DNA from: Candidatus Woesebacteria bacterium GW2011_GWB1_39_12
Lineage (GTDB): Bacteria > Patescibacteriota > Microgenomatia > UBA8517
Length of the DNA stretch: 64,000 bases
Direction of reading: 5' to 3'
NCBI GenBank assembly: GCA_000993405.1
Contig: LBWB01000005.1
Span: 3,698 to 67,697 of the forward strand
Both the position numbers and the translations under genes were made by a program. Position 1 is the first letter of the stretch, and every line of letters begins with the position of its first letter. Shown here piece after piece: positions 8,910 to 17,810 of the stretch. The notes under the pieces were generated by a model. The model was not told the DNA's origin and ran no database searches. It worked only from the letters and a program-made list of their open reading frames with translations.

Positions 8910-10762
8910 TGCCTTTTGAGATCATCTCGGCAAAACTTACGGGTAATCCCGACGCAGCAGGTTGGGCTCAAATTTATGAATTCAGTCCAGACGACGAAGA
9001 GAAATATAAGCTTAGAGGGAAACTTTTTGCGGTAATTTCCACTTCAACAAAAGAGGTTGGAATGGATACGGTTCTTGCAGGGAGAGAAGTTTTGTCACGC
9101 CTTCATGAAGAATATTTTGGAGAAACTTCAGGAAGTTCTTTTTCAAGACTGAAAATCTCTGTTGAGAAAGTTATAAACGAATTTTCTTCGTGGGAAGATA
9201 TTCAAATTGCCTGCGTTTCTTATGTTAATAATGTTTTTAACGTGGCTGCCGGTGGTGGGGCGCGGATTGTTGTTTTGAGACAAGGCGACCTGTCAACCAT
9301 TCTTCAAAGTCAATCTGGGGAAGTTCAGATAGCGTCTGGTATTCCCAAAGAAGGTGATTTTGTCATTTTGGCTACTAGTCAATTTTTCAATAGATTTTCA
9401 CAGGGGGTTCTTAAGGGGGCAATTCAAGGAAGAGATCCAAAAGAAGTCGTTGAAGTTCTTGCGCCAATTATTCATTCAGGAGGTTTAACAGGTAGTCTCG
9501 GTGCAAGTTTTTTAAAAGTAGTAACGCTTGCACCAAAATTTGACCAAGCTCCTGCAGGTAATAGAATCGAACCCACAGAAATGTTTTCCCAAGGAGTTAA
9601 AAATATTTCTGGATTATTCAAAGGATTGAAAGCAAGAGCCGTTTATGTTCGAAATGTTGGAGACGAAAAAGTGCCGCCAAAAAAGAGGGTTTTGGCGAGC
9701 ATAGGCGCAGTTCTTCTTATAACTTTAGTCGTTAGCATTTTTTTTGGAATTAGACAAAAAAGAAACAATGATTTACAAAAGGAGTTTGAGGAAAATTTTT
9801 CGGTAGCGGTGCATGAATTAGATGAAGCCGAAACCCTTTATTCTTTGAATCCGGATCGAGCAAGAGATCTTTTTTACGGGGCAAGAGAAAAAGTTTTGGG
9901 TTTATCGAAAGAGAATTTTAAGGAGGAGGAGGTTGCCGAACTTAAAAAAAAGATCGAGGAGGGGGGAAGAAAGATCTTGGGTGAACACACTCAGGAGCCA
10001 TTAACTTTTGTTGATCTTGGGCTCTTAAGTCAGGGATTTGACGGAGATAGTTTAGTCTTTTCTGATGGAAAAGTTTTTGTTTTCGACAAAGAGGGAAAAA
10101 GAATTGTAAGTGTTGAGATTAAATCCAAACGAGCGGAGGTGATTGCCGGAACAAATCTTCTTGGTAAGGCCGAGGCAATTGCCGTCTACTCGGACAGAGT
10201 CTTTACTATTACTCCGGAGGGCATTTTCGAAATTTTTGAAAATAGCAAAAAGGTGATTGAAGCAGAATGGGACGGAGAAATCTTGGCATACTCATATGCA
10301 GGTAACTTTTATGTCCTTGAGAAAAGTGGTTCTGTAATTTGGCGCTACGCCGGCAGCGAAAATGGTTTTTCGGCAAGGCGAAACTGGCTAACAGAAAGCG
10401 TGGTTGTTGATTTGACCGATGCCAAACAAATTGTAATAAATGGTTCGATTTGGGTTTTAAAGGACGATGGCGAGGTTGTTAAACTGACTTTAGGAAATTT
10501 ACAGGCGTTTGGTCTTAAGAATGTTGCTCCCGACGTCGATAAAGCCGACGCAATTTTTGTCAGTGAAGAGACCGAAGATTTTTATGTTTTAGAAAGTGAT
10601 GGCGGCCGAGTCGTTGTTGTAAATAAAGACGGAGAATATAAAGCACAATATCTGTCAGATCAAATAAAGAACGCAAGATCTCTTGTGGTGTCAGAAGAAG
10701 AGAAGAAGTTAATTCTTCTTACCGGAAACAAACTTTTTTCAATTGATCTTGAACATTTATAA
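8909..10762 (+). CDS. Membrane protein: degenerate PP2C-like N-domain, single TM, extracellular beta-propeller-like domain
   Basis: GKLFAVI..GDFVILATSQF PP2C-fold remnants; TM near aa 262-281; repeated beta-strand motifs. Confidence 0.6.
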   Translation: MPFEIISAKLTGNPDAAGWAQIYEFSPDDEEKYKLRGKLFAVISTSTKEVGMDTVLAGREVLSRLHEEYFGETSGSSFSRLKISVEKVINEFSSWEDIQIACVSYVNNVFNVAAGGGARIVVLRQGDLSTILQSQSGEVQIASGIPKEGDFVILATSQFFNRFSQGVLKGAIQGRDPKEVVEVLAPIIHSGGLTGSLGASFLKVVTLAPKFDQAPAGNRIEPTEMFSQGVKNISGLFKGLKARAVYVRNVGDEKVPPKKRVLASIGAVLLITLVVSIFFGIRQKRNNDLQKEFEENFSVAVHELDEAETLYSLNPDRARDLFYGAREKVLGLSKENFKEEEVAELKKKIEEGGRKILGEHTQEPLTFVDLGLLSQGFDGDSLVFSDGKVFVFDKEGKRIVSVEIKSKRAEVIAGTNLLGKAEAIAVYSDRVFTITPEGIFEIFENSKKVIEAEWDGEILAYSYAGNFYVLEKSGSVIWRYAGSENGFSARRNWLTESVVVDLTDAKQIVINGSIWVLKDDGEVVKLTLGNLQAFGLKNVAPDVDKADAIFVSEETEDFYVLESDGGRVVVVNKDGEYKAQYLSDQIKNARSLVVSEEEKKLILLTGNKLFSIDLEHL

Positions 10763-10769
10763 TTTTAGG

Positions 10770-10798
10770 TTGATTTTATGTCAAACTCCGAGTATAAT
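10770..10798 (+). promoter_or_regulatory. tmRNA promoter
   Basis: TTGATT-17 nt-TATAAT, 11 nt before the mature 5' end. Confidence 0.65.
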
Positions 10799-10809
10799 AC
10801 AGGCTGTTT

Positions 10810-11169
10810 GGGGACGATCGGTTTCGACGGGAAATGTACTTTAAAATCTGCAAGCAAAGTTTGACCCACACTTTTCAAAAGAGGTCAAAAAGAATAATTG
10901 CTAACAAAAGCGATTATGACTTCGACTACGCTTATTTAAGCTAAGTTGAATGCTCACCGGCCTTGTTTCTCAACCGAGCTGGATGGGTATAAACCTGTTG
11001 AGATGCGGAAAGTATGAGTGGTTTTATATACTTTCCTAAGACTTAAAACCAAACTCTCAACTCTTTCTTTAGTTTTAATGTTGAGAATTAAAAATTTAAG
11101 CTAAATAAGCTTGTAGAAGATTTTAAATTCATTTTTCGGACGAGGGTTCGATTCCCTCCGTCTCCACCA
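10810..11169 (+). ncRNA. ssrA: tmRNA; tag frame (A)ANKSDYDFDYAYLS* at 10900-10944
   Basis: 5' GGGGACGATCGGTTTCGAC, 3' GGTTCGATTCCCTCCGTCTCCACCA with G3.U alanine identity pair; ATAATT before resume codon; convergent with smpB. Confidence 0.95.
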
Positions 11170-11172
11170 AAT

Positions 11173-11607
11173 TTACTTGAGCTTTTCTCGAAGCTCTTGT
11201 TCCATTTCTCTTTGAATATCCTTTTTCTTAATACTTTCCTTTTTTTCAAACTTTCTTTTCGATTTTGCCAGAGCAAGCTCAATCTTGGCAAGATTTCCTT
11301 TTGTATAAATTTTTGTCGGGACAAGAGTCAACCTTTTTTGTTTTATCTTCGTTTGAATGGAAATAATTTGGTCTTTGTGAAGAAGGAGTTTTCTGGTTCT
11401 GGTCGATGAATAGTCCTTTTTTCCCTCGACCGGTATGTTTGCGTTGACTAGATAGATTTCGCGGTCAATAATTTTTGCAAAAGAATCCGATAAATTTACG
11501 TGCCCACCCCTTACGGCTTTTGCTTCAGCGCCCAATAAAGATATTCCCGCCTCGATTCTTTCGAAGAGATTATAATTAAACTTAGCCTTTTTATTTACAA
11601 TTTGCAT
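11173..11607 (-). CDS. smpB: SsrA-binding protein SmpB
   Basis: MQIVNKKAKFNY..EAGISLLGAEAKAVR..RTRKLLLHK; start at 11607. Confidence 0.95.
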   Translation of the reverse strand: MQIVNKKAKFNYNLFERIEAGISLLGAEAKAVRGGHVNLSDSFAKIIDREIYLVNANIPVEGKKDYSSTRTRKLLLHKDQIISIQTKIKQKRLTLVPTKIYTKGNLAKIELALAKSKRKFEKKESIKKKDIQREMEQELREKLK

Positions 11608-11614
11608 AATAATA

Positions 11615-11697
11615 TAGTGCAAAGTACAAAGAGCAAAGAACAAAGGAGTAAGCGAGTAAGATTTTCCCATGCGCTTTGTCCTATGAACTTTGTGCTA
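11615..11697. repeat. Heptamer-repeat hairpin between divergent smpB and comF
   Basis: GTGCAAA GTACAAA GAGCAAA GAACAAA paired with GCGCTTT GTCCTAT GAACTTT GTGCTAG. Confidence 0.7.
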
Positions 11698-11714
11698 GTT
11701 TATTTTACTCTTAA

Positions 11715-12383
11715 ATGGACTTAATTAGCTTAATATTTCCAAAAACGTGTTTAGGATGTGGTAGAGAAGGGAAATATATTTGTCAATCGTGTATTAATAA
11801 ACTTGTACTCCTTAAGCAGTTATGTCCTTATTGCGAGAAGGCGTCAACCGACGGGGTTACACATATTAAGTGTCTAAAGAAACTTCGACTTAGCGGCGTT
11901 TTTTCAATATGGCCATACGAGGGAGTGATTCGGACTGCGATTTTAAAGCTCAAATATAAATTTGCCAAGGAGATTGCGAAAGAACTCTCAGAATACATGG
12001 CAAATTACCTTAAAAACCAACCGATATTTCCGAAAAACTTGACACTTACACCGATTCCTCTTTATTTCCTCAGAGAAAACTTTCGCGGATTTAATCAAAG
12101 CGAACTTGTTGGTGAACCTTTAACAAAGAAGATGGGCTGGGATTTTAATTCTGATATTCTTATTCGGAAAAGGTTTCGCCGCCCCCAAACCGAGCTTAAA
12201 GGGAAAGAGCGACGAAGGAATATAAAAGGAGTTTTTTCTATGAATCCCAGCTACAAACTACAAACTACCAGCTACATACTTTTCGACGATGTCTATACCA
12301 CGGGTTCGACTCTCAAAGAAGCTGCGAAAGTATTAAAGCGAAACGGAGCGAAAGAAGTTTGGGGGTTAACAATCGCAAGATAA
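11715..12383 (+). CDS. comF: ComF family competence protein (double zinc ribbon + PRTase)
   Basis: CxxC pairs, RGFNQSE, ILFDDVYTTGSTL; contains a heptamer tract at 12249-12276. Confidence 0.9.
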   Translation: MDLISLIFPKTCLGCGREGKYICQSCINKLVLLKQLCPYCEKASTDGVTHIKCLKKLRLSGVFSIWPYEGVIRTAILKLKYKFAKEIAKELSEYMANYLKNQPIFPKNLTLTPIPLYFLRENFRGFNQSELVGEPLTKKMGWDFNSDILIRKRFRRPQTELKGKERRRNIKGVFSMNPSYKLQTTSYILFDDVYTTGSTLKEAAKVLKRNGAKEVWGLTIAR

Positions 12384-12390
12384 ATAGGGA

Positions 12391-12807
12391 TTAGCGATAA
12401 GGACCGTAATATTTCAGTGATTCAGGATATTTTGAGCGTGCGACAAAGAAAATATTCCAGACTGGATCGGTCAATAACCATATTCCCTCTGTCGATAAAT
12501 TGGTTTCTTTGCCTTTTTCATAAATGATATTTACAACGTCTTGTTTAATCTGTTTGATCTCTAGTTTTTTATATGGAAACAATGGGGACTTCACGCACGA
12601 AGCATAAAGTAGATCAGACCAATCAATACATTTATCTAATTCAGTAGCTATCCATTCTTGATAGTTAAAATTTTTAGCAAACTGGGTTTTATCTTCAACG
12701 TCGGGAATTATCCGGAGGAGAAGTAACGATTTTATGGTAAGTGCAACACTTACTACTAAACCAACCGTAAGAGTAAAAAATAAAATCTTCTTGAATTTCT
12801 CTTTCAC
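12391..12807 (-). CDS. Hypothetical protein with N-terminal TM
   Basis: 138-aa ORF, GTG start, hydrophobic N-terminus. Confidence 0.55.
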   Translation of the reverse strand: MKEKFKKILFFTLTVGLVVSVALTIKSLLLLRIIPDVEDKTQFAKNFNYQEWIATELDKCIDWSDLLYASCVKSPLFPYKKLEIKQIKQDVVNIIYEKGKETNLSTEGIWLLTDPVWNIFFVARSKYPESLKYYGPYR

Positions 12808-12898
12808 AATTTTAGCATAACAATAATTAACCAGAATTTCTAATGGAGTGGAAGATTAAGTGTACTAGCAAGAGAATTATTTGAAGCAAATGTATTTG

Positions 12899-12983
12899 CG
12901 GAGGGTACAGGATTCGAACCTGTGTAGGGATTTCTCCCTCGAGTTTTCGAAACTCGCGCAATTGTCCACTCTGCCAACCCTCC
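12899..12983 (-). tRNA. tRNA-Ser(CGA)
   Basis: GGAGGGT acceptor, anticodon arm CGAGT-TTCGAAA-ACTCG, long variable arm, GGTTCGAATCC; CCA not encoded. Confidence 0.95.
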
Positions 12984-13112
12984 TCGTCGGAACTAGCTTC
13001 GCTTTCCGCAAACCGCTTACGCTTTTTGCTTTACGCTTCGCTGTTCCTCCTCTCAAAATTTCTTGAAGAAATTTTGTATCTTCAAATTCCAAAGGGGTAT
13101 ATCTTTGATGGG

Positions 13113-13185
13113 TGCACCTGGGAGGAATCGAACCTCCAACCTCTTAGTCCGCAACCAAGCGTTCTATCCATTGAACTACAGGTGC
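13113..13185 (-). tRNA. tRNA-Arg(GCG)
   Basis: GCACCTG acceptor, anticodon arm CTTGG-TTGCGGA-CTAAG, GGTTCGATTCC. Confidence 0.93.
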
Positions 13186-13320
13186 GAATATAACGAGCAC
13201 TTGTAGCGAGATCGACAAGGTTCTGAGCGGAGCTCAGGTTCTTATCCATTGAACTACAGGTGCAAGTACATAATTTTACCAGATTTGAAGCCAAAAATCT
13301 TCTTAGGTTAAAGAAGGGGC

Positions 13321-13887
13321 TTAGGAGATTTTTTTTGAAACCCAGTCTGAAGCTTTATCCATTCTCGTGGGAGCTGCTTCCTCCTCAGGAATATAAAGAG
13401 AAAGGGACTTTTTAATTTTATCCTTATCGCTATCGTTAATTACCAACTCTAACCTTCCCGGAACTACCAGTGTTTCCAAGATCAATAAATCAGTATTCAA
13501 GCGTTTTGTAAACCAAAAACGAGTGAAAAGCTCCCAATCGTTTCTTCTGTCAGCAACTTTTATTCCCTTGTTGGTAACGGCGTATTCGATCGTTTCCGGT
13601 TCCACTGTTGACAAAATATAAAACAAAAAGACCAAAGCGATCAAAAGCACAACAGGCATTGCACCTTCAACAATAAAAAGAATAAATCCAAAAATAGAAG
13701 CAATAACAATTAACCTTACCCAGAATTCCCTCTCTCTTTTCTTAAAAGCTCTTGCCGGTGCCTTCCAGGAAAAAAGCAATTTTTCCGGTTCGGGTCTTGG
13801 AGGAAGTGGGGATTGAACAGGCTGTTGGGGGGTAGCTTGTTGGGTCGCTTGAGGAGAAGGAGCTTGATTACTTTTCTGATTGGGCAT
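13321..13887 (-). CDS. Two-TM membrane protein (DUF5673-like), Pro/Gln-rich N-terminus
   Basis: LLFSWKAPAR..two TM..IEYAVTNKGI..WELFTRFW; TATAAT 10 nt upstream of ATG 13887. Confidence 0.7.
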   Translation of the reverse strand: MPNQKSNQAPSPQATQQATPQQPVQSPLPPRPEPEKLLFSWKAPARAFKKREREFWVRLIVIASIFGFILFIVEGAMPVVLLIALVFLFYILSTVEPETIEYAVTNKGIKVADRRNDWELFTRFWFTKRLNTDLLILETLVVPGRLELVINDSDKDKIKKSLSLYIPEEEAAPTRMDKASDWVSKKIS

Positions 13888-13961
13888 ATCTAAAATCATT
13901 ATACATACTTGGTTAACAGCTTTTCAATAAGCCTTTATCGGTGATATAATCTCAACTGCAA

Positions 13962-14046
13962 GGAGGAGTCGCCTAGTGGTCGATGGCAGAGGTTTGCTAA
14001 ACCTCGATCCGCAGGGGTCACGTGGGTTCGAATCCCACCTCCTCCG
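13962..14046 (+). tRNA. tRNA-Ser(GCT)
   Basis: GGAGGAG acceptor, arm GAGGT-TTGCTAA-ACCTC, long variable arm; TATAAT upstream. Confidence 0.95.
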
Positions 14047-14136
14047 CTCGTTTTACTCGCGGAGTCGTTGGGATTTGATAGCGCACAAGTAAAGTATTTC
14101 ATGCTTTGCACGGCGAATCCCACCTCCTCCACCAAT

Positions 14137-14604
14137 ATGTTAGACAAAAATACTGTTTTAGTTTCCGCTGCGTGTGTCTATAGAGACGTAAAAGGAAAGC
14201 CTCGCTGGTTTTTTATTAAACAGACGGAAGTTGATGGTTGGGAAATTCCCAAGGTTTTGGTAAGAAAAGGAGAATCATCTGTTAGAGCGGTTCTTAGGTT
14301 GATGGGAGAAAAAGGCGGCATGAGTACAAGGGTTTTGGAAGAAGCAGGAAGGGCCGGCGGAGTAACAACTATTAATGGAAGAAGTTTACCCCAGAGACAT
14401 ATTTATTATTTGATGATGGCCAAGTCTTTGGCAAATGAGACAATCGGATTTTCTGAGTGTCTGTGGCTTGAATATTCCAAAGCGGTAAAAAAGGTTAACT
14501 CTAAAAGAGATAAAACGATGTTAAAAGCCGCTAGAGAAACTTTGGAAAAATGGAAAAAGGAAAACCAGAAAAGGAGAAATGGTTTGACATTTGAAGCTTC
14601 ATGA
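14137..14604 (+). CDS. NUDIX-fold protein with degenerate Nudix box
   Basis: GWEIPKVLVRKGESSVRAVLRLMGEKGG lacks the catalytic REUXEE glutamates. Confidence 0.7.
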   Translation: MLDKNTVLVSAACVYRDVKGKPRWFFIKQTEVDGWEIPKVLVRKGESSVRAVLRLMGEKGGMSTRVLEEAGRAGGVTTINGRSLPQRHIYYLMMAKSLANETIGFSECLWLEYSKAVKKVNSKRDKTMLKAARETLEKWKKENQKRRNGLTFEAS

Positions 14605-15104
14605 TGCGCGAGTTTTCCGCCGGGGGCGTTGTTTTTAAAAAAGCGAAAAGTAAAGTTTTATGGTTGGTAGCAAAGTCTTCTCCCAGCAAAAAATATCCTG
14701 GAGATATCTACAGACTTCCTAAGGGTTGGGTTGACGATGAAGAAAACGGTAAAAGGCCCGGACCACTTTCAAGGGGAGAAAAAAAGTTAACAGAAGATGA
14801 ACTTCGAAGTACCGCAGTAAGAGAAGTACAGGAAGAAGGAGGAGTAGAAGCCGAAATTATAAAAAAAATCGGAACAGAAAGATTTTTTTATACAAAAGAA
14901 GGAGAACGTATTTTGAAATTTGTTACTTTTTATCTGATGAAGTGGAGGAAGGATTTAGCTACCGGTCCGGGTTTTGAAACCGAAAAAGTTGAGTGGTTGG
15001 ATTACGAAGAAGCTCGAAAAAGACTTACCCATTCCGGAGAGAAAAAGATGCTGGATAAAGCAAAACAGAGTTTAGATCAAGGTTTACAAGAAAGTTTGGT
15101 ATAA
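14601..15104 (+). CDS. NUDIX hydrolase (Ap4A-hydrolase-like)
   Basis: REFSAGGVV..LPKG..AVREVQEEGGV. Confidence 0.85.
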   Translation: MMREFSAGGVVFKKAKSKVLWLVAKSSPSKKYPGDIYRLPKGWVDDEENGKRPGPLSRGEKKLTEDELRSTAVREVQEEGGVEAEIIKKIGTERFFYTKEGERILKFVTFYLMKWRKDLATGPGFETEKVEWLDYEEARKRLTHSGEKKMLDKAKQSLDQGLQESLV

Positions 15105-15133
15105 TGTAGCGTTTGGATTATTTAGAGTATTAA

Positions 15134-15220
15134 GGAGAGGTGCGAGAGCGGTTTAATCGGTACGATTGGAGATCGTATGTGATCGCAAGGTCACCGAGGG
15201 TTCGAATCCCTCCCTCTCCG
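15134..15220 (+). tRNA. tRNA-Ser(GGA)
   Basis: GGAGAGG acceptor, arm TACGA-TTGGAGA-TCGTA, long variable arm. Confidence 0.95.
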
Positions 15221-15301
15221 CTCACCTTCGTTTTGCTTGATTTAGAACCTTTCCAGTGCTATTATAGGACGTTTAATACTTTTTAGGACTTACTCAAATT
15301 T

Positions 15302-16114
15302 ATGAGAATAGAAGGTCAAACTAATACCAACCCCATTCGAGAGACTCTTGATTATTGGGGAAGACATCCGCGCGATGTCATTTTCAGGATTGCTCCCGCT
15401 TTTGTACTTTTTCTAGCGGGTTGCCGAGGGGGGAGGGGACAAATATCAAACGAAGAACTGCAAGCCACCCTTTCCGCAGGATTTGCCCAGGCTACAGAAG
15501 TTATGAAGACAGCACAGGTGGAAGCAACCGCTCTGGTTGGTGAAGGCCAGGCAGAAGCAACTCGGTTGGCCAGAACGCCAACACCTTCAAAAACTCCGAC
15601 GCCAAATTCAACAGTTGTGGCTTTGCAAGGCACAATTGCGTCTTTTCAAACCCAAGCAGCCGAAAGTTTGCCGACACTTACTCCGATCCCAAGTAAACCG
15701 GTCGAAGTCGCAACCCAGGAACTAGGTTTGACAGCGACACCAACTGAACCGGTTCTCCGGTTTTTCGTCTTGGATGATAATTCAGTTACCGAGGAAATCA
15801 GGGAAAAAACTGTTGCCTTGTTAAAAAGGCTCTTCCCCGATGCTGAGGTGGTTGGATTTGAAACCTGTACTACAGAGTTGAGAGATGGTCAATGGTCAGG
15901 CGGGGTTGCGGACCATACAATTAATGGAGTTCAGTCTGCGGGTCCAGATTGTGTAAAGGATATTCTGGAAGAAAATCCTGGTGCAACTATCGTCGGTTAT
16001 ACTCAGGGGCAAAGGGAGATGAATGAGATGATACGTGCTGGGTCGGTTGTTGTTTGTTGGAAACCAGATTCTAATTGCGTCATTGATGCATTAGACGAAT
16101 CTCTTAACAAATAG
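15302..16114 (+). CDS. Putative lipoprotein with Pro/Thr linker and C-terminal CheY-like receiver domain
   Basis: Lipobox-like LFLAG/C; TPTP linkers; FVLDD..VADH..GPDCV..VGYT..AG..WKP. Confidence 0.6.
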   Translation: MRIEGQTNTNPIRETLDYWGRHPRDVIFRIAPAFVLFLAGCRGGRGQISNEELQATLSAGFAQATEVMKTAQVEATALVGEGQAEATRLARTPTPSKTPTPNSTVVALQGTIASFQTQAAESLPTLTPIPSKPVEVATQELGLTATPTEPVLRFFVLDDNSVTEEIREKTVALLKRLFPDAEVVGFETCTTELRDGQWSGGVADHTINGVQSAGPDCVKDILEENPGATIVGYTQGQREMNEMIRAGSVVVCWKPDSNCVIDALDESLNK

Positions 16115-16216
16115 GAAAGGATAGACTTTAGTTTATTTTAGAATGTTTTTTTAGGTCCTAAATCCGAACTTCCCCCCACTAACCGCTAAATTCATTTTTA
16201 TGCTATATTACTAGAT

Positions 16217-16450
16217 ATGAATAAGAATCTTCTTAAACTAGCTACAATTCTTTTTTTATTGTCCACTTTTATAATTATCTTCCCAAAGAAAGTTTATGCC
16301 TATGTTGATCCGGGAACCGGGAGTTATTTTTTGCAGATAGTTGTTGGTGTTTTGCTGGGAGGACTTTTTTCAGTTAAACTCTTCTGGAAGAATGTCAAAA
16401 ATACGTTTTCGAGAAAAAAACAAAGCAAAGAAACTTCCGAGCCGAATTAA
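16217..16450 (+). CDS. Small membrane protein with YxDPGTGS motif
   Basis: Signal peptide ending VYA, YVDPGTGSYFLQ, one TM. Confidence 0.75.
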   Translation: MNKNLLKLATILFLLSTFIIIFPKKVYAYVDPGTGSYFLQIVVGVLLGGLFSVKLFWKNVKNTFSRKKQSKETSEPN

Positions 16451-17807
16451 TCATTCCGCCTCATTCCGCGACCCAAGCGGATCCATCTTTACTCATGATA
16501 ATGAAATTTATCGAAGAGTAAACAAAATCTACAAACCTCAGTACGAGTATCTTTTGTCATCCGGCCTTTATAAAAGGCTGGTAAAAGATGGACTTCTGAT
16601 TCCTCATGAAGAAGTAAATTTGGAGAAGATCAAAGTTTACAAGATCATCAAGCCGATAAAAATTCCCTTCATATCTTACCCCTATGAATGGTGTTTTAGT
16701 CAGCTCAAAGATGCAGCCATTTTAACTTTGAAAATTCAAAAAATTGCCCTGGAATTTGGAATGACCTTAAAAGATGCCAGTGCTTTTAATGTCCAGTTTT
16801 TGAACGGGAAACCAATACTTATTGATAGTCTTTCTTTTGAAAAATATAAGCCCGGTGCTCCATGGGTTGCCTATAGACAATTTTGTCAACACTTTCTCGC
16901 ACCCCTTAGTTTAATAGTCTACAAAGACGTTCGTTTAAATCAGCTCTCAAGAATTTACATCGACGGGATTCCTTTAGATTTGGTTGTGTCTATCTTGCCT
17001 TGGCGTGTTTTATTAAAATCCAACTTATTTATTCATTTGTATCTCCATGCCAAAAGCCAAAAAGCTTTTGCAGATAAATTTTTAAATCCAAAAAAACACA
17101 AAGTTAGCCTTAATTCTTTAAGAGGACTAATAGAAAGTTTGGAGAAGACAATAAAAGACTTAACACTTAAGACAAAGGGTAGTACTTGGAGCAACTATCA
17201 AGATACTTGGAATTACAGCAAAATTGCATACGAAGATAAAAAGAGAATTATAAAAAAGTATTTAATAAAGGCTAAGCCAAAAGGTGTTTGGGACCTGGGT
17301 GCAAACATGGGAGATTTTAGTAGAATTGCATCATCACTAGGAGCTTATGTTATATCTATCGATAATGACGCCTTAGTCATTGAGAGAAATTACCTTTCGT
17401 CTAAAAAAAAGGGGGAAGAAAAAATACTTCCTCTGGTCATTGACCTGACTAATCCCAGTCCTAAAATTGGTTGGGAGAATAAAGAGAGAGAAAGCTTTCT
17501 AGAAAGAGGGTCGACAGACTGCTTATTGGCTTTGGCTTTGATTCATCACTTAGCAATTTCGAACAATCTAAGTTTCGAAATGATTGCTAGTTCCTTTTCC
17601 AAATTATGTAGATTTCTTTTAATTGAGTTTGTTCCCAAAGATGATTCGCAGGTAAAAAAACTTCTTAGGACACGAGAAGATATTTATGGTTATTATTCAA
17701 AAGATAATTTTGAGAAGGTTTTTGCCAAGTATTTTGAAAAGCTAGACCAATCTAAACTAAAGAAGACAAATAGAGTTATATATTTTTATAAGAGAAAGGG
17801 AAGGTAG
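16392..17807 (+). CDS. NoeA-like SAM-dependent methyltransferase (kinase-like N-part + class I MTase); start uncertain
   Basis: SFRDPSG, ISYPYEWCFSQLKDAA, LKDASAFNVQF, WDLGANMG, LALALIHH. Confidence 0.8.
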   Translation: MSKIRFREKNKAKKLPSRINHSASFRDPSGSIFTHDNEIYRRVNKIYKPQYEYLLSSGLYKRLVKDGLLIPHEEVNLEKIKVYKIIKPIKIPFISYPYEWCFSQLKDAAILTLKIQKIALEFGMTLKDASAFNVQFLNGKPILIDSLSFEKYKPGAPWVAYRQFCQHFLAPLSLIVYKDVRLNQLSRIYIDGIPLDLVVSILPWRVLLKSNLFIHLYLHAKSQKAFADKFLNPKKHKVSLNSLRGLIESLEKTIKDLTLKTKGSTWSNYQDTWNYSKIAYEDKKRIIKKYLIKAKPKGVWDLGANMGDFSRIASSLGAYVISIDNDALVIERNYLSSKKKGEEKILPLVIDLTNPSPKIGWENKERESFLERGSTDCLLALALIHHLAISNNLSFEMIASSFSKLCRFLLIEFVPKDDSQVKKLLRTREDIYGYYSKDNFEKVFAKYFEKLDQSKLKKTNRVIYFYKRKGR

Positions 17808-17810
17808 GTT

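Noticed and set aside
12877-14147. Short ORFs 12877..13092, 12881..13066, 13082..13294 and 13935..14147
   Set aside because: They overlap tRNA genes and have no protein-like features
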